A DNA stretch of 40,464 bases from Candidatus Eiseniibacteriota bacterium (GTDB taxonomy: Bacteria > Joyebacterota > Joyebacteria > Joyebacterales > Joyebacteraceae). The notes beneath the pieces are model-generated. The model worked only from the letters and a program-made list of their open reading frames with translations. It was not told where the DNA came from and ran no database searches. Made by a program: the position numbers and the translations under genes. This document shows positions 25,966 through 34,175 of the stretch, piece after piece. The stretch is taken from the NCBI GenBank assembly GCA_030638405.1, contig DAOWER010000176.1:1-40464 (forward strand). Reading direction: 5' to 3'. Every line of letters starts with the position of its first letter. The first letter of the stretch is position 1.

Positions 25966-26633
25966 TCCATGAATCCCAGTTCCCTGAGTCGTTTCTCTGT
26001 CAATCCACCGGTGCTTTCGCTGCTATCCGGCGGCGCCGATGTCTCCCCACGTCCTTCGAGAAGCTTCTCCTGGTGTTTGGCCAGCAGATCCGTCTCTATG
26101 TTGACCTTCATGCCTAGACGGTACGCTCCGGCCAGCGTGGCGCGCAGTGTCTCCGGGATGAGGGCGACGGTCACGCGCTCACGGGAGACCTCCGCGACCG
26201 TCAGACTCACACCGTCCACCGCGATGGAGCCGCGTGCTACGATGTGCCGGGTAAGCGGGGCGGGCAGTTCCATCGTGAGACGCGTCCCGTGCCTGTCGCG
26301 CCGTAGCTCCAGAACCCGCGCGACGCCGTCCACGTGTCCGGCGACCATGTGTCCGCCGAGTCTGTCGCCCAGCCCGAGCGCGCGCTCGAGGTTGACAGCG
26401 CTGCCGCTCCTCAACTCCCCCATCGTCGTGACCGAGAGTGTCTGCGGGACGGCGTCCACCTCAAACGCGGTGGCGTCCGACCGAACGACAGTCTGACAGA
26501 CGCCGCTCACGGACACGCTCTCGCCCTGTTCGAGCTCGGAAGCGAACTGTGCGGAGATACGAATCGTTGCGCCTCCTGTCGACCGGCGGATCCACGCCAC
26601 TCTTCCCTTGCACTCCACGAGCCCGGTGAACAT
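25962..26633 (-). CDS. ribE: Riboflavin synthase (alpha chain)
   Basis: [12 protein letters not shown]...[13 protein letters not shown]...[21 protein letters not shown]...[12 protein letters not shown]...IPETL. The start overlaps the ribD stop by 1 nt (TAATG). Confidence 0.95.
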   Translation of the reverse strand: MFTGLVECKGRVAWIRRSTGGATIRISAQFASELEQGESVSVSGVCQTVVRSDATAFEVDAVPQTLSVTTMGELRSGSAVNLERALGLGDRLGGHMVAGHVDGVARVLELRRDRHGTRLTMELPAPLTRHIVARGSIAVDGVSLTVAEVSRERVTVALIPETLRATLAGAYRLGMKVNIETDLLAKHQEKLLEGRGETSAPPDSSESTGGLTEKRLRELGFME

Positions 26634-27832
26634 TAGGAGCTCTCCTCCACGACCTCTGAGCCCGAGACGGCCACTTCCGCCTCGAACAGGCAGTCACCGC
26701 CAATCTCCGTCCACTTCCCGTCGACAAACCTCGTGCGCCCGCCCCACCAGCTCTCGCCCAGGGACCCGAAGGCAGGCACCCCCGCATCACCGTACAACCT
26801 CGCCGCGACGAAGAAGGCCACGCGGTCCACCAACCCCGCCCTCAGGAGAGAACTCGCCACCGCGGTGCCCCCCTCGGACAGGACCGAGATCAGTCCCTCG
26901 CTGGCCGCTCGTCTGAGGACGGAGGCCAGGTCGAGGGCTCCATCGGGAGCGGCGGCGCTCCAGACTGTGACCCCGGCGCTCTCGAGCGCGGCGCGCCTGG
27001 AAGGGTCCGCGCTCTCACAGCACACCACGATGCTGCGCACGTCGCGGGCCCCGGCCACGATGGCCGAAGCGGGCGGGATCCGCAGATGAGTGTCCAGGAC
27101 GAGCCGCGCGGGCTGGCGCTGGCGACCCGTCTGCGGCATGCCGCCTGCCGTGTGCCCACCGGTCTCCACCCGCCTGTCAGTCAAGCGGGGGTCGTCGGCG
27201 AGGACCGTGCCTATACCGACCATCACACAATCCGCGTTCGTTCTCATGGTGTGAACCAGTTCACGCGACGCCTCGGAGGACGTCCAGCGGGGCCCGCCCG
27301 CGGGTGGCGCGATGCGCCCGTCAAGCGAGAGGGCCAGTTTGAGCGTGGTAAACGGCAGGCCCGTCGTCCTGTATTTGAAGTACGGCGCATTCAGTGCGCG
27401 CGCCTCGTCGCGCATCAGGCCGAGGTCAACCTCGATGCCGGCCTCCCGGAGGATGACGACGCCCCGTCCCGAGACTCGGGGGTTCGGGTCCTCGACCGGG
27501 ACCACGGTCCTGGCGATGCCTGCCGCGACTATCGCGTCCGTGCACGGCGGCGTCTTGCCCGAGATGGAGCAGGGCTCGAGCGTGACGTACAGCGTCGCAC
27601 CGGATGCCCTCGGTCCCGCCTCAGCGAGTGCGTTCACCTCCGCGTGCGGACCGCCGTAGCGCTCGTGGTAGCCGGTCCCCACGACCTCTCCGTCCCTGAC
27701 GATCACCGCGCCGACCACCGGGTTGGGGCTGGTGTCTCCCCGTCCGCGTTCCGCCAGTTCGAACGCCGTGTTCATGAAGGGCGAGTCGAGCTCGCGGTGC
27801 CTTCTGTTCTGATTTCTTGTGGTCGTGCTCAA
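26633..27832 (-). CDS. ribD: Bifunctional diaminohydroxyphosphoribosylaminopyrimidine deaminase / 5-amino-6-(5-phosphoribosylamino)uracil reductase
   Basis: FMNTAFELAERGRGDTSPNPVVGAVIV...HAEVNAL...LYVTLEPCSISGKTPPCTDAI (CDA zinc motifs), then the reductase part ...TLKLALSLDGRIA...VMVGIGTVLADDP...SEGG. TTG start at 27832 per the ORF track; the exact start is not certain. Confidence 0.95.
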   Translation of the reverse strand: MSTTTRNQNRRHRELDSPFMNTAFELAERGRGDTSPNPVVGAVIVRDGEVVGTGYHERYGGPHAEVNALAEAGPRASGATLYVTLEPCSISGKTPPCTDAIVAAGIARTVVPVEDPNPRVSGRGVVILREAGIEVDLGLMRDEARALNAPYFKYRTTGLPFTTLKLALSLDGRIAPPAGGPRWTSSEASRELVHTMRTNADCVMVGIGTVLADDPRLTDRRVETGGHTAGGMPQTGRQRQPARLVLDTHLRIPPASAIVAGARDVRSIVVCCESADPSRRAALESAGVTVWSAAAPDGALDLASVLRRAASEGLISVLSEGGTAVASSLLRAGLVDRVAFFVAARLYGDAGVPAFGSLGESWWGGRTRFVDGKWTEIGGDCLFEAEVAVSGSEVVEESS

Positions 27833-27864
27833 TCCATCACCGCCTCAGTGGGGCCCCACCGGCC

Positions 27865-27901
27865 AACAAGAACAGCGCCCCGTACATCCTTCGAGGCGCT
27901 G
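27865..27901 (-). terminator. Intrinsic terminator of the FMN-riboswitch expression platform
   Basis: Minus-strand RNA CAGCGCC-ucgaaggauguacgg-GGCGCUG followed by UUCUUGUU, located between the aptamer and the ribD start. Confidence 0.6.
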
Positions 27902-27929
27902 CAAGGCACGCGGAAAGACCCCTCCCGTG

Positions 27930-28052
27930 CCGGCTCCTTCTACCATCCAGACTGTCACTGTCGGCGCCTGGATTTCACAGGCTCTGCGGATTGCTCCGCT
28001 CGCGGGCTTTCACCGCCGGTGGGGACTCGCACCCCGCCCCGAAGGAACGTGT
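27930..28052 (-). promoter_or_regulatory. FMN riboswitch (RFN element) aptamer upstream of ribD
   Basis: Minus-strand sequence UCCUUCGGGGCGGGGUGCGAGUCCCCACCGGCGGUGAAAGCCCGCGAGCG...CAGAGCCUGUGAAAUCCAGGCGCCGACAGUGACAGUCUGGAUGGUAGAAGGA carries the conserved RFN cores (GGGGCGGGG..UCCCCACCGGCGGU, AGCCCGCGAGC, GUGAAAUCC, GCCGACAGU.ACAGUCUGGAUG) and the closing P1 helix UCCUUC/GAAGGA. Confidence 0.9.
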
Positions 28053-28070
28053 ATTCAAATGTCACTACAG

Positions 28071-28099
28071 AATCTACCACCGTCGCGGGCCGGTGTCAA
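28071..28099 (-). promoter_or_regulatory. Sigma-70-type promoter of the rib operon (TTGACA-N17-TAGATT)
   Basis: Minus strand: TTGACA (28099..28094), a 17-nt spacer, TAGATT (28076..28071), about 20 nt upstream of the riboswitch P1. The ftsY TGA stop (28098..28096) lies inside the -35 hexamer. Confidence 0.55.
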
Positions 28100-29040
28100 G
28101 CCGTCTTGGAGGGCTCCCCGTCCACTCCCAGAAGCCCTCTGGCGAACGCGGAGGCGTCGAAGGGCTCGATGTCGTCGATGGCCTCCCCCGTGCCCACGAA
28201 CCGGACGGGAATGGCCAGTTCCCTGGCGATCGCGACCACGATGCCCCCGCGGGCGGTCCCGTCGAGCTTGGTCAGCACGAGACCAGTCAGGCGCAGCGCC
28301 TCGTCGAACGTACGGGCCTGAGACAGCGCGTTCTGGCCCGTGTTCGCATCGATCACAAGAAGGAGCTCGTGCGGCGCGCCCGGAAGTCGTTTCCCGAGGA
28401 CCCGTCTGACCTTCTCGAGCTCCTGCATCAGGTTCTTCTGTGTGTGGAGCCGGCCTGCCGTGTCCACAATGAGCACGTCCGCCGAACGGGCGATTGCCGC
28501 GTCGAGAGCATCGAACGCCACCGCGGCAGCGTCGCCGCCGAGCTGCCCTCCGACGAACTGCGCATCGCTCCTGTCCGCCCAAATGGACAGCTGCTCGGCA
28601 GCGGCGGCCCGGAACGTGTCGGCCGCCGCCAGGATGACACTGCGTCCCTCGTCGACATGAAGGCGTGAGAGCTTGCCGATAGTGGTCGTCTTGCCCACGC
28701 CGTTGACGCCCGCGACCATGACGACAAGAGGCGCCCCGGGTTCTCCCTGGGCGCCTTCTCTCTCGGCAGTGCGCAGTGTCTTCTCGATCTCGAGGGCGAG
28801 GAACTCCCTTACCTCGTCCTCCGTGCCCGCACCGCTGCCCCCGAACCGCTCCCTGAGAGCGTCGACCAGGTGCAGCGCGGTCTCGACTCCGAGATCGGCG
28901 GCGATCAGGGTCTCCTCTATCGAGTCGAGCGCCGCCCCGTCAAGACCCGCGCCCTTCCCAAGAGCTCCCCGGATCCCTTCTGTGATCGCCCGCCTTGTCT
29001 TCGCCAGGCCGTCACGCAGTCTCGAGAACTGCTTCCTCAC
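28096..29040 (-). CDS. ftsY: Signal recognition particle receptor FtsY (short NG-only form)
   Basis: LVVMVAGVNGVGKTTTIGKL...ILAAADTFRAAAAEQL...DVLIVDTAGRLH...LVLTKLDGTARGG...PVRFVGTGE. Confidence 0.95.
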   Translation of the reverse strand: MRKQFSRLRDGLAKTRRAITEGIRGALGKGAGLDGAALDSIEETLIAADLGVETALHLVDALRERFGGSGAGTEDEVREFLALEIEKTLRTAEREGAQGEPGAPLVVMVAGVNGVGKTTTIGKLSRLHVDEGRSVILAAADTFRAAAAEQLSIWADRSDAQFVGGQLGGDAAAVAFDALDAAIARSADVLIVDTAGRLHTQKNLMQELEKVRRVLGKRLPGAPHELLLVIDANTGQNALSQARTFDEALRLTGLVLTKLDGTARGGIVVAIARELAIPVRFVGTGEAIDDIEPFDASAFARGLLGVDGEPSKTA

Positions 29041-32000
29041 TCACCACCTCTTCCCGTGCGTCATCGAGACTGACAGAAACGACCTTCGACACGCCCGACT
29101 CCTCCATCGTGATGCCGTAGAGACGGTCGGACTCCTTCATCGTCGCCTTGTTGTGTGTGATGATGATGAACTGCGTCTCAGCGGAGAACTCTTTCAGCAT
29201 GCGGACGAACCGCTGCACGTTCGCGTCGTCGAGCGGCGCGTCCACCTCGTCGAGGATGCAGAACGGAGACGGCTTGACGAGGTAGATCGCGAACAGGAGT
29301 GCGATCGCCGTCAGCGCCCGCTCACCGCCCGACAGAAGCGAGAGACGCCCGAGTCTTTTCTGACGGGGCGACGCCACTATCTCGATGGTCGACTCGAGCG
29401 GGTCGTCCGGATCGGCGAGCTTGAGGTCCGCATCGCCTCCCTCGAAGAGCCGCTGGAACGTCTTGATGAAATTCTGCCTCACGAGCGAGAACGTCTCGAC
29501 GAACATCTCTCTCGCGGTGTTGTTGATCTGGTCGATCGCGGCCTTCAGGGACTCCTTGGACTTCTCGAGATCCTCATACTGGCCCGTGAGAAACTCGAGG
29601 CGTTTGTTCTCCTCGTCGTACTCGTCGAGCGCGAGGAGGTTAACGGGCCCCATGGAGCGCAGACGGGCCTTGAGCCGCTCGATCTCCTCCTTGGCCCTCG
29701 GAGCATCGAAGGGTGGGGCATCCGCATCCGCCGGAAGGTCGCCGAGTTCCTGCACGTCTGCGCAGTACTCCTCCCGGAGCCGCTCGCGCAGGGACTCGAA
29801 TCGGCTCCGAAGCTCGGTGTCCTTAAGCTCGATCTCGTGCAGATCGGTCTGCGCACGGTCCCTGGTCTCCCTGGACGATCGGGTGTCTTCGTCCAGCTTC
29901 TCTATCTGGAGGCGAAGCTCTCTCACCGCATCGCGCATCGTGTCCCTGTCCTGCTCGAGCGCGCGCTTCTCCTCGTTCAGTCCGGACAGGACCCCGCCGT
30001 CGGCCGCATTCCGAGCGTCCAGTTCCGAGACGGTGCGGAGGTGCTGCTCGCGCTCCTCGGTCTTCTTCTCGATCGCGCTCCTGGCCGCCCTCACGGTCTC
30101 GCCCAGTTGTGCGTGCTCCGACTTCAGCTGCGTAAGCTCGGACCTCACGGCGACTGCGCCTATCTCGGCCTGCTTCTCCTCCTCGGCGGCCTTGGCCCGC
30201 TCCCGCTCGGCGAGCTTGAACTTCCTCTCGAGTTCGCCGACCTTCTCTCCGATCTCGTCCTCGCCCTTTGAGAGCTGAGACAGCCGGTCGGCCAGAAGGG
30301 TGACGTCCTTTCGCGTGGACTCCATCCTCACACCGAGCGCATCCCGATTCGCCCCAAGGCGGGAGACCCCGTCGGCCAGGTTCGTCTTCCCGAGCTCGAG
30401 TTCGGTCAGCTGCCGCTTGGCCTCCCAGAGCTCGGCCTCCGCACGTTCCGCCGCCGTCTCAGCGTGTTCAGCGGCTTCCGAAGCACTCGCCAGCTCCGCC
30501 TCGACCTTCCCCTCGTTGCCCCTAGCCTCCGCGAGGCGTCTCGTGAGATCCGACACGGCGCGCTCGGCGGCCTCGAGCCGCTCGGATCGACGAAGGAGAC
30601 CTGCCTCCTCGTTGCCGGGGCGCCCCCCGGACAGGACGCCGGCCGCGGTCGCCATGTCACCCTCCGGAGTAACGAACGCCAGGTGCCTGGCGTCCTCACG
30701 TCCCCTGAGAGCCAGCGCGGTGTCCAGGTCGCGCACGATCACGACGCCCTCGAGCAGGAACTGTGGCAGCGTTCCCAGCGAAGCGTCACAGCTGACGAAG
30801 TCCGAGGCCGGACCGACGACGCCGTCAGACGAGAGCACGCCGTCCGGCGCGCGCTCCACGTGAATGCCGGCGAGTTCCAGGACCGGGATGAAGGTCGCTT
30901 TGCCGAGCGAGCCTCTCGAAAGGTGCCCCATGGCGTTTCGCGCTGATTCCACATCGCGAGTAACGATGTACTGGACGGCGCCGGCCAGCGCCGTCTCGAT
31001 GGCCCCCTCCATGCCCTGATCGACGGTGATCACGTCGGCGACCGTCCCGACGAGCCCCGCGACCGAGCCTGCATCCTCAGTGAGGAGCGAACGCACGCCC
31101 TCCTGGAATCCGCCGTAGCCGTCGCGTATCTCGGACAGGAGCTGCCTCTTGTGCTCCGCCGCGTCCAGTTCACCCTCGAGTTTCGTCTTGTGCTCGCGCG
31201 CTCCCAGGAGACTCTCTCTGGCGCCGTCAAGGGACGCCGTCGCCTGCTTGTGAGCCACGGCGGCGGCGTGCGCGGCGCCGCGGAAGCTCTTCTCGGACTC
31301 GAGAGCCGTCAGGATCAGCTCTTCCTTCGCCGCGAGCGCCGCCCTGTTCTCACTGAGCTCGGCCTCGAGGGCCACGTGCCCCTCCATCAGGTCGTCCAGA
31401 CGCGTCCTGTAGCTCTCCAGCTCACCCTTGAGCCCCGCGGAGCTCTCCAGCCCGGCGAGCCGGGTCTGCTTCTGGCCGTCGAGCAGCTCTCTGAGCCTGC
31501 GGTGCTCCTTCTCGACGTCGGACAGACCCTCCGTCACGGACGACAGCTCGCCGTCTCGCTCCTCGGCCCTCTGCGCGGCGCCCGTGATCTCGTCCTCCAA
31601 CCGCGCCGCCCTCGTGAGTGCGAGGGAAAGGTCGGCCCGAATATCGGTGAGTTCCGTGTCCAGCTCCGCGATGCGGCGTTCGGACGCGCTCCGCCTCTCG
31701 GTGGCGACCAGCAGTCCGTCCGCCAGTGAACGAGTCCGCGCATCGAGTTCGCCTGTCTCTATTTCGAGACTGGCGAGCGCCTCTTCCTTGTCGTGACGCT
31801 CCGTACGTACGCCGATGCCGTCACGCTCGGACATGGAGAGCATTCCGTCACACTCACCTATCGTTCGGCGAAGCTCGGTGATCCGTCCGGTCGACTCGTC
31901 CTTCCGCGCCAGCCACTCGGCGTACTCCCGTCTGCCGAGAGTAATCTCCAATTCCTTCAGCTCGTCCGTGTAGCGCCGGTGCCGCCGCGCCTGCGCGAGC

Positions 32001-32623
32001 TGTCGCTTGAGTGACCTCACCTGCTTCTCGACCTCGCTGATGATGTCAGACACGCGCTGCATGTCCGTCTCTGTGGCCGTGAGCTTGTTCAGCGTCGAGC
32101 GCTTCCGCACCTTGTACTTCATGATGCCGGCGGCTTCCTCGAACATGAACCGGCGGTGACCGCTGGAGTCCGAGAGGATCGAGTCGACCATCTTGCGTTC
32201 AATCAACGAATAGGTTCGTGTGCCGACGCCCGTGTCGAGGAACAGGTCCTGAATGTCTCTGAGGCGGCAAGGGGTCTTATTGAGGAGATACTCGCTCTCC
32301 CCCGACCGGAAGACGCGTCGCCCGATGACGACCTCCGTGTAGTCGGTCGGGAGGTAGCCGGCGGAATTGTCGATGGTCAGCGCCACCTCGGCCATGCCGA
32401 GTCGGCGGCGCTGCTTGGTGCCGTTGAAGATGACGTCGGCCATGCTGGCTCCGCGGAGTTCCGAAGGACTCTGCTCGCCGAGGACCCACCGAATGGCGTC
32501 AGCGATGTTCGTCTTCCCGCACCCGTTGGGTCCTACGACACAAGTCATACCGGGGCCGAACTCAAGACCCAGCTTGTGCGCGAACGATTTGAACCCGAAG
32601 ACGTCCAGCTTCTTGAGGTACAC
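29012..32623 (-). CDS. smc: Chromosome partition protein Smc
   Basis: 1203 aa. MYLKKLDVFGFKSFA...VVGPNGCGKTNIADAIRWVLGE (Walker A), long coiled coils, hinge ...GVVGPASDF..., C-terminal LSLLSGGERALTAIALLFAI...PFCILDEVDAPLDDANV (signature motif and Walker B). smc-ftsY adjacency is the classical arrangement. Confidence 0.95.
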   Translation of the reverse strand: MYLKKLDVFGFKSFAHKLGLEFGPGMTCVVGPNGCGKTNIADAIRWVLGEQSPSELRGASMADVIFNGTKQRRRLGMAEVALTIDNSAGYLPTDYTEVVIGRRVFRSGESEYLLNKTPCRLRDIQDLFLDTGVGTRTYSLIERKMVDSILSDSSGHRRFMFEEAAGIMKYKVRKRSTLNKLTATETDMQRVSDIISEVEKQVRSLKRQLAQARRHRRYTDELKELEITLGRREYAEWLARKDESTGRITELRRTIGECDGMLSMSERDGIGVRTERHDKEEALASLEIETGELDARTRSLADGLLVATERRSASERRIAELDTELTDIRADLSLALTRAARLEDEITGAAQRAEERDGELSSVTEGLSDVEKEHRRLRELLDGQKQTRLAGLESSAGLKGELESYRTRLDDLMEGHVALEAELSENRAALAAKEELILTALESEKSFRGAAHAAAVAHKQATASLDGARESLLGAREHKTKLEGELDAAEHKRQLLSEIRDGYGGFQEGVRSLLTEDAGSVAGLVGTVADVITVDQGMEGAIETALAGAVQYIVTRDVESARNAMGHLSRGSLGKATFIPVLELAGIHVERAPDGVLSSDGVVGPASDFVSCDASLGTLPQFLLEGVVIVRDLDTALALRGREDARHLAFVTPEGDMATAAGVLSGGRPGNEEAGLLRRSERLEAAERAVSDLTRRLAEARGNEGKVEAELASASEAAEHAETAAERAEAELWEAKRQLTELELGKTNLADGVSRLGANRDALGVRMESTRKDVTLLADRLSQLSKGEDEIGEKVGELERKFKLAERERAKAAEEEKQAEIGAVAVRSELTQLKSEHAQLGETVRAARSAIEKKTEEREQHLRTVSELDARNAADGGVLSGLNEEKRALEQDRDTMRDAVRELRLQIEKLDEDTRSSRETRDRAQTDLHEIELKDTELRSRFESLRERLREEYCADVQELGDLPADADAPPFDAPRAKEEIERLKARLRSMGPVNLLALDEYDEENKRLEFLTGQYEDLEKSKESLKAAIDQINNTAREMFVETFSLVRQNFIKTFQRLFEGGDADLKLADPDDPLESTIEIVASPRQKRLGRLSLLSGGERALTAIALLFAIYLVKPSPFCILDEVDAPLDDANVQRFVRMLKEFSAETQFIIITHNKATMKESDRLYGITMEESGVSKVVSVSLDDAREEVVSEEAVLETA

Positions 32624-32639
32624 CGCCCCTCCCTACTCG

Positions 32640-34175
32640 TTACTCGTTGTGTGCGGCGCGTTCTACCCAGGCACCTTCATACCCGAGGAGCTTGACCGTG
32701 TCAAGAATTTCGCGGGTACTCGAAATCGTCGGATACCCGCCCGCCACCATGATCCGGAACCAGGTCCCTCTGTTCTTCACCTCCGTCGCCACCACATCCA
32801 CGGCCACACCCTGTTCGGTCAGCTGCCCGGCCTCCAGGACGGCCGCTCGCTCGTGTCGGTGCGAGCTGATCATGACGCGGTAAGGCCCGCCTGGTCCGCT
32901 GATCACGGCGTCCGCGTCGAGCGGTTCGCGCGTCGGACTCACGCCGGAATCCTCGTCGCTGCCGGCCCTGGTCTCCTCTTCGGGTATCTCCTCCTCTTCG
33001 GCGGACGTGGTCTCGCCCCCCGCCGCCGCTTCCCCGTCCCCGGGCGCGCCCTCGTCCGTCCCTGCCGCTTCACCCACCTCACCGCCGGGCGCCGAGGCAC
33101 CTTCCTGAGCCTCCGAATCACCACCCTCTGCTACGCGCTGTTCCGTCGGAACGGACCTGTCGCCCCCTGGGCCGAATCTGCTCTCCCCGATAGTGAACCA
33201 CCAGGAGAGCGCCGCGATGACAACTATCAGGAGGACGATCGCCATGACCGCCAGATGGTCCGGATTCCTACCCCGGCTGCGCGGCGCGACCGCGCCCACG
33301 ACCCGCGTCCGCGGACGCCGCGTGCTCCTCTCGAACCTCACCACGCTCTCGGGGGATGCGGGTTCGAGGCGCTCCGGTTCCGACTCCGGCGCCGAGGTCA
33401 CCGCTTCCATCGATCGCCCCGTATCCGCGGGCATCTGGGGCGCGAGGACGGCACGTTCACCCGGCTCGCCGGGCTCCTCGGCGTCGACGGCTTCGCTCTG
33501 CTCGCGGACGAGGATTCCCGTCGTCGTCACGCCGCCGGTGCACGAAGCCAGAGACGCCAGGTCGGCTCCACTCCCTGCGACGCAGACCGCGGCGTCGAGA
33601 GCGCTCAGGGTCTTCGACACCTGGGCCGGAGGCACGAGCACGAGAACCAGGGCATCCTCCGCGAGGCCTCTGAGTATCTTCGCGAATTCCTCCGACTCGA
33701 ACACGTCGTCCACCGACAGGGGATGCGAACCCGCCGTGACCACGCTGACGCCCGGCGCGAGAGTGCGCCTGACGACGGCCGTGCGTGACACTCCGAACAT
33801 GACCGCGTCCACCAATCCCTCGTCCGGGTCCTCGTGGAGTGCCTTCCCCAAGACGGGACGCTCGACGGCCGCGTCCACAAGGACCACCGCTCTTCCTCTG
33901 TCGCCGAACCACGCTGCCGCCTCCGCCGCGAGGCCGGCGGTTTCTGCCATGTCCGTTCCGGAAATCCCGACCACGCCCTTCGCTACACCCAGCAGCCGCT
34001 CGAGGTCCGGCATCCATCCCGCGGGCCCGTCCCCGATCACGGGACGCACCAGCACGGCGGCCCCGGACTGACCTGCGCGCTCCAGGACCAATCCGCCGCC
34101 GAGCGCACCGGACTCCCGCAGGCGGTCGAGCTCCTCACTGGCCGCTTCGGACGAGACTCTGAACTCCACTGTCAC
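32640..34175 (-). CDS. Bitopic protein: N-terminal ParA/BY-kinase-like domain lacking a Walker A lysine, Pro/Glu-rich linker, one TM helix, acidic linker, C-terminal SPOR domain
   Basis: N-terminal GVVGISGTDMAETAGLAAEAAAWFGDRGRAVVLVDAAVERPVLGKAL...GLVDAVMFG...VSVVTAGS...LVLVLVPPA follows the ParA/CpsD template, but GxxGxGK[ST] is replaced by GISGTDMAET. TM helix LAVMAIVLLIVVIAALSWWF. C-terminal GPYRVMISSHRHERAAVLEAGQLTEQGVAVDVVATEVKNRGTWFRIMVAGGYPT...A is SPOR-like. The GTG start overlaps the selA stop (GTGA). Confidence 0.65.
   Translation of the reverse strand: MTVEFRVSSEAASEELDRLRESGALGGGLVLERAGQSGAAVLVRPVIGDGPAGWMPDLERLLGVAKGVVGISGTDMAETAGLAAEAAAWFGDRGRAVVLVDAAVERPVLGKALHEDPDEGLVDAVMFGVSRTAVVRRTLAPGVSVVTAGSHPLSVDDVFESEEFAKILRGLAEDALVLVLVPPAQVSKTLSALDAAVCVAGSGADLASLASCTGGVTTTGILVREQSEAVDAEEPGEPGERAVLAPQMPADTGRSMEAVTSAPESEPERLEPASPESVVRFERSTRRPRTRVVGAVAPRSRGRNPDHLAVMAIVLLIVVIAALSWWFTIGESRFGPGGDRSVPTEQRVAEGGDSEAQEGASAPGGEVGEAAGTDEGAPGDGEAAAGGETTSAEEEEIPEEETRAGSDEDSGVSPTREPLDADAVISGPGGPYRVMISSHRHERAAVLEAGQLTEQGVAVDVVATEVKNRGTWFRIMVAGGYPTISSTREILDTVKLLGYEGAWVERAAHNE

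Noticed and set aside
24766-30271. Plus-strand ORFs 24766..26496 (576 aa), 27086..28321, 27817..28668 and 28673..30271 (532 aa)
   Set aside because: They are antisense to ribBA/ribE/ribD/ftsY/smc, all of which are unambiguous. The stretch 27833..28095 is explained by the FMN riboswitch rather than by coding sequence.
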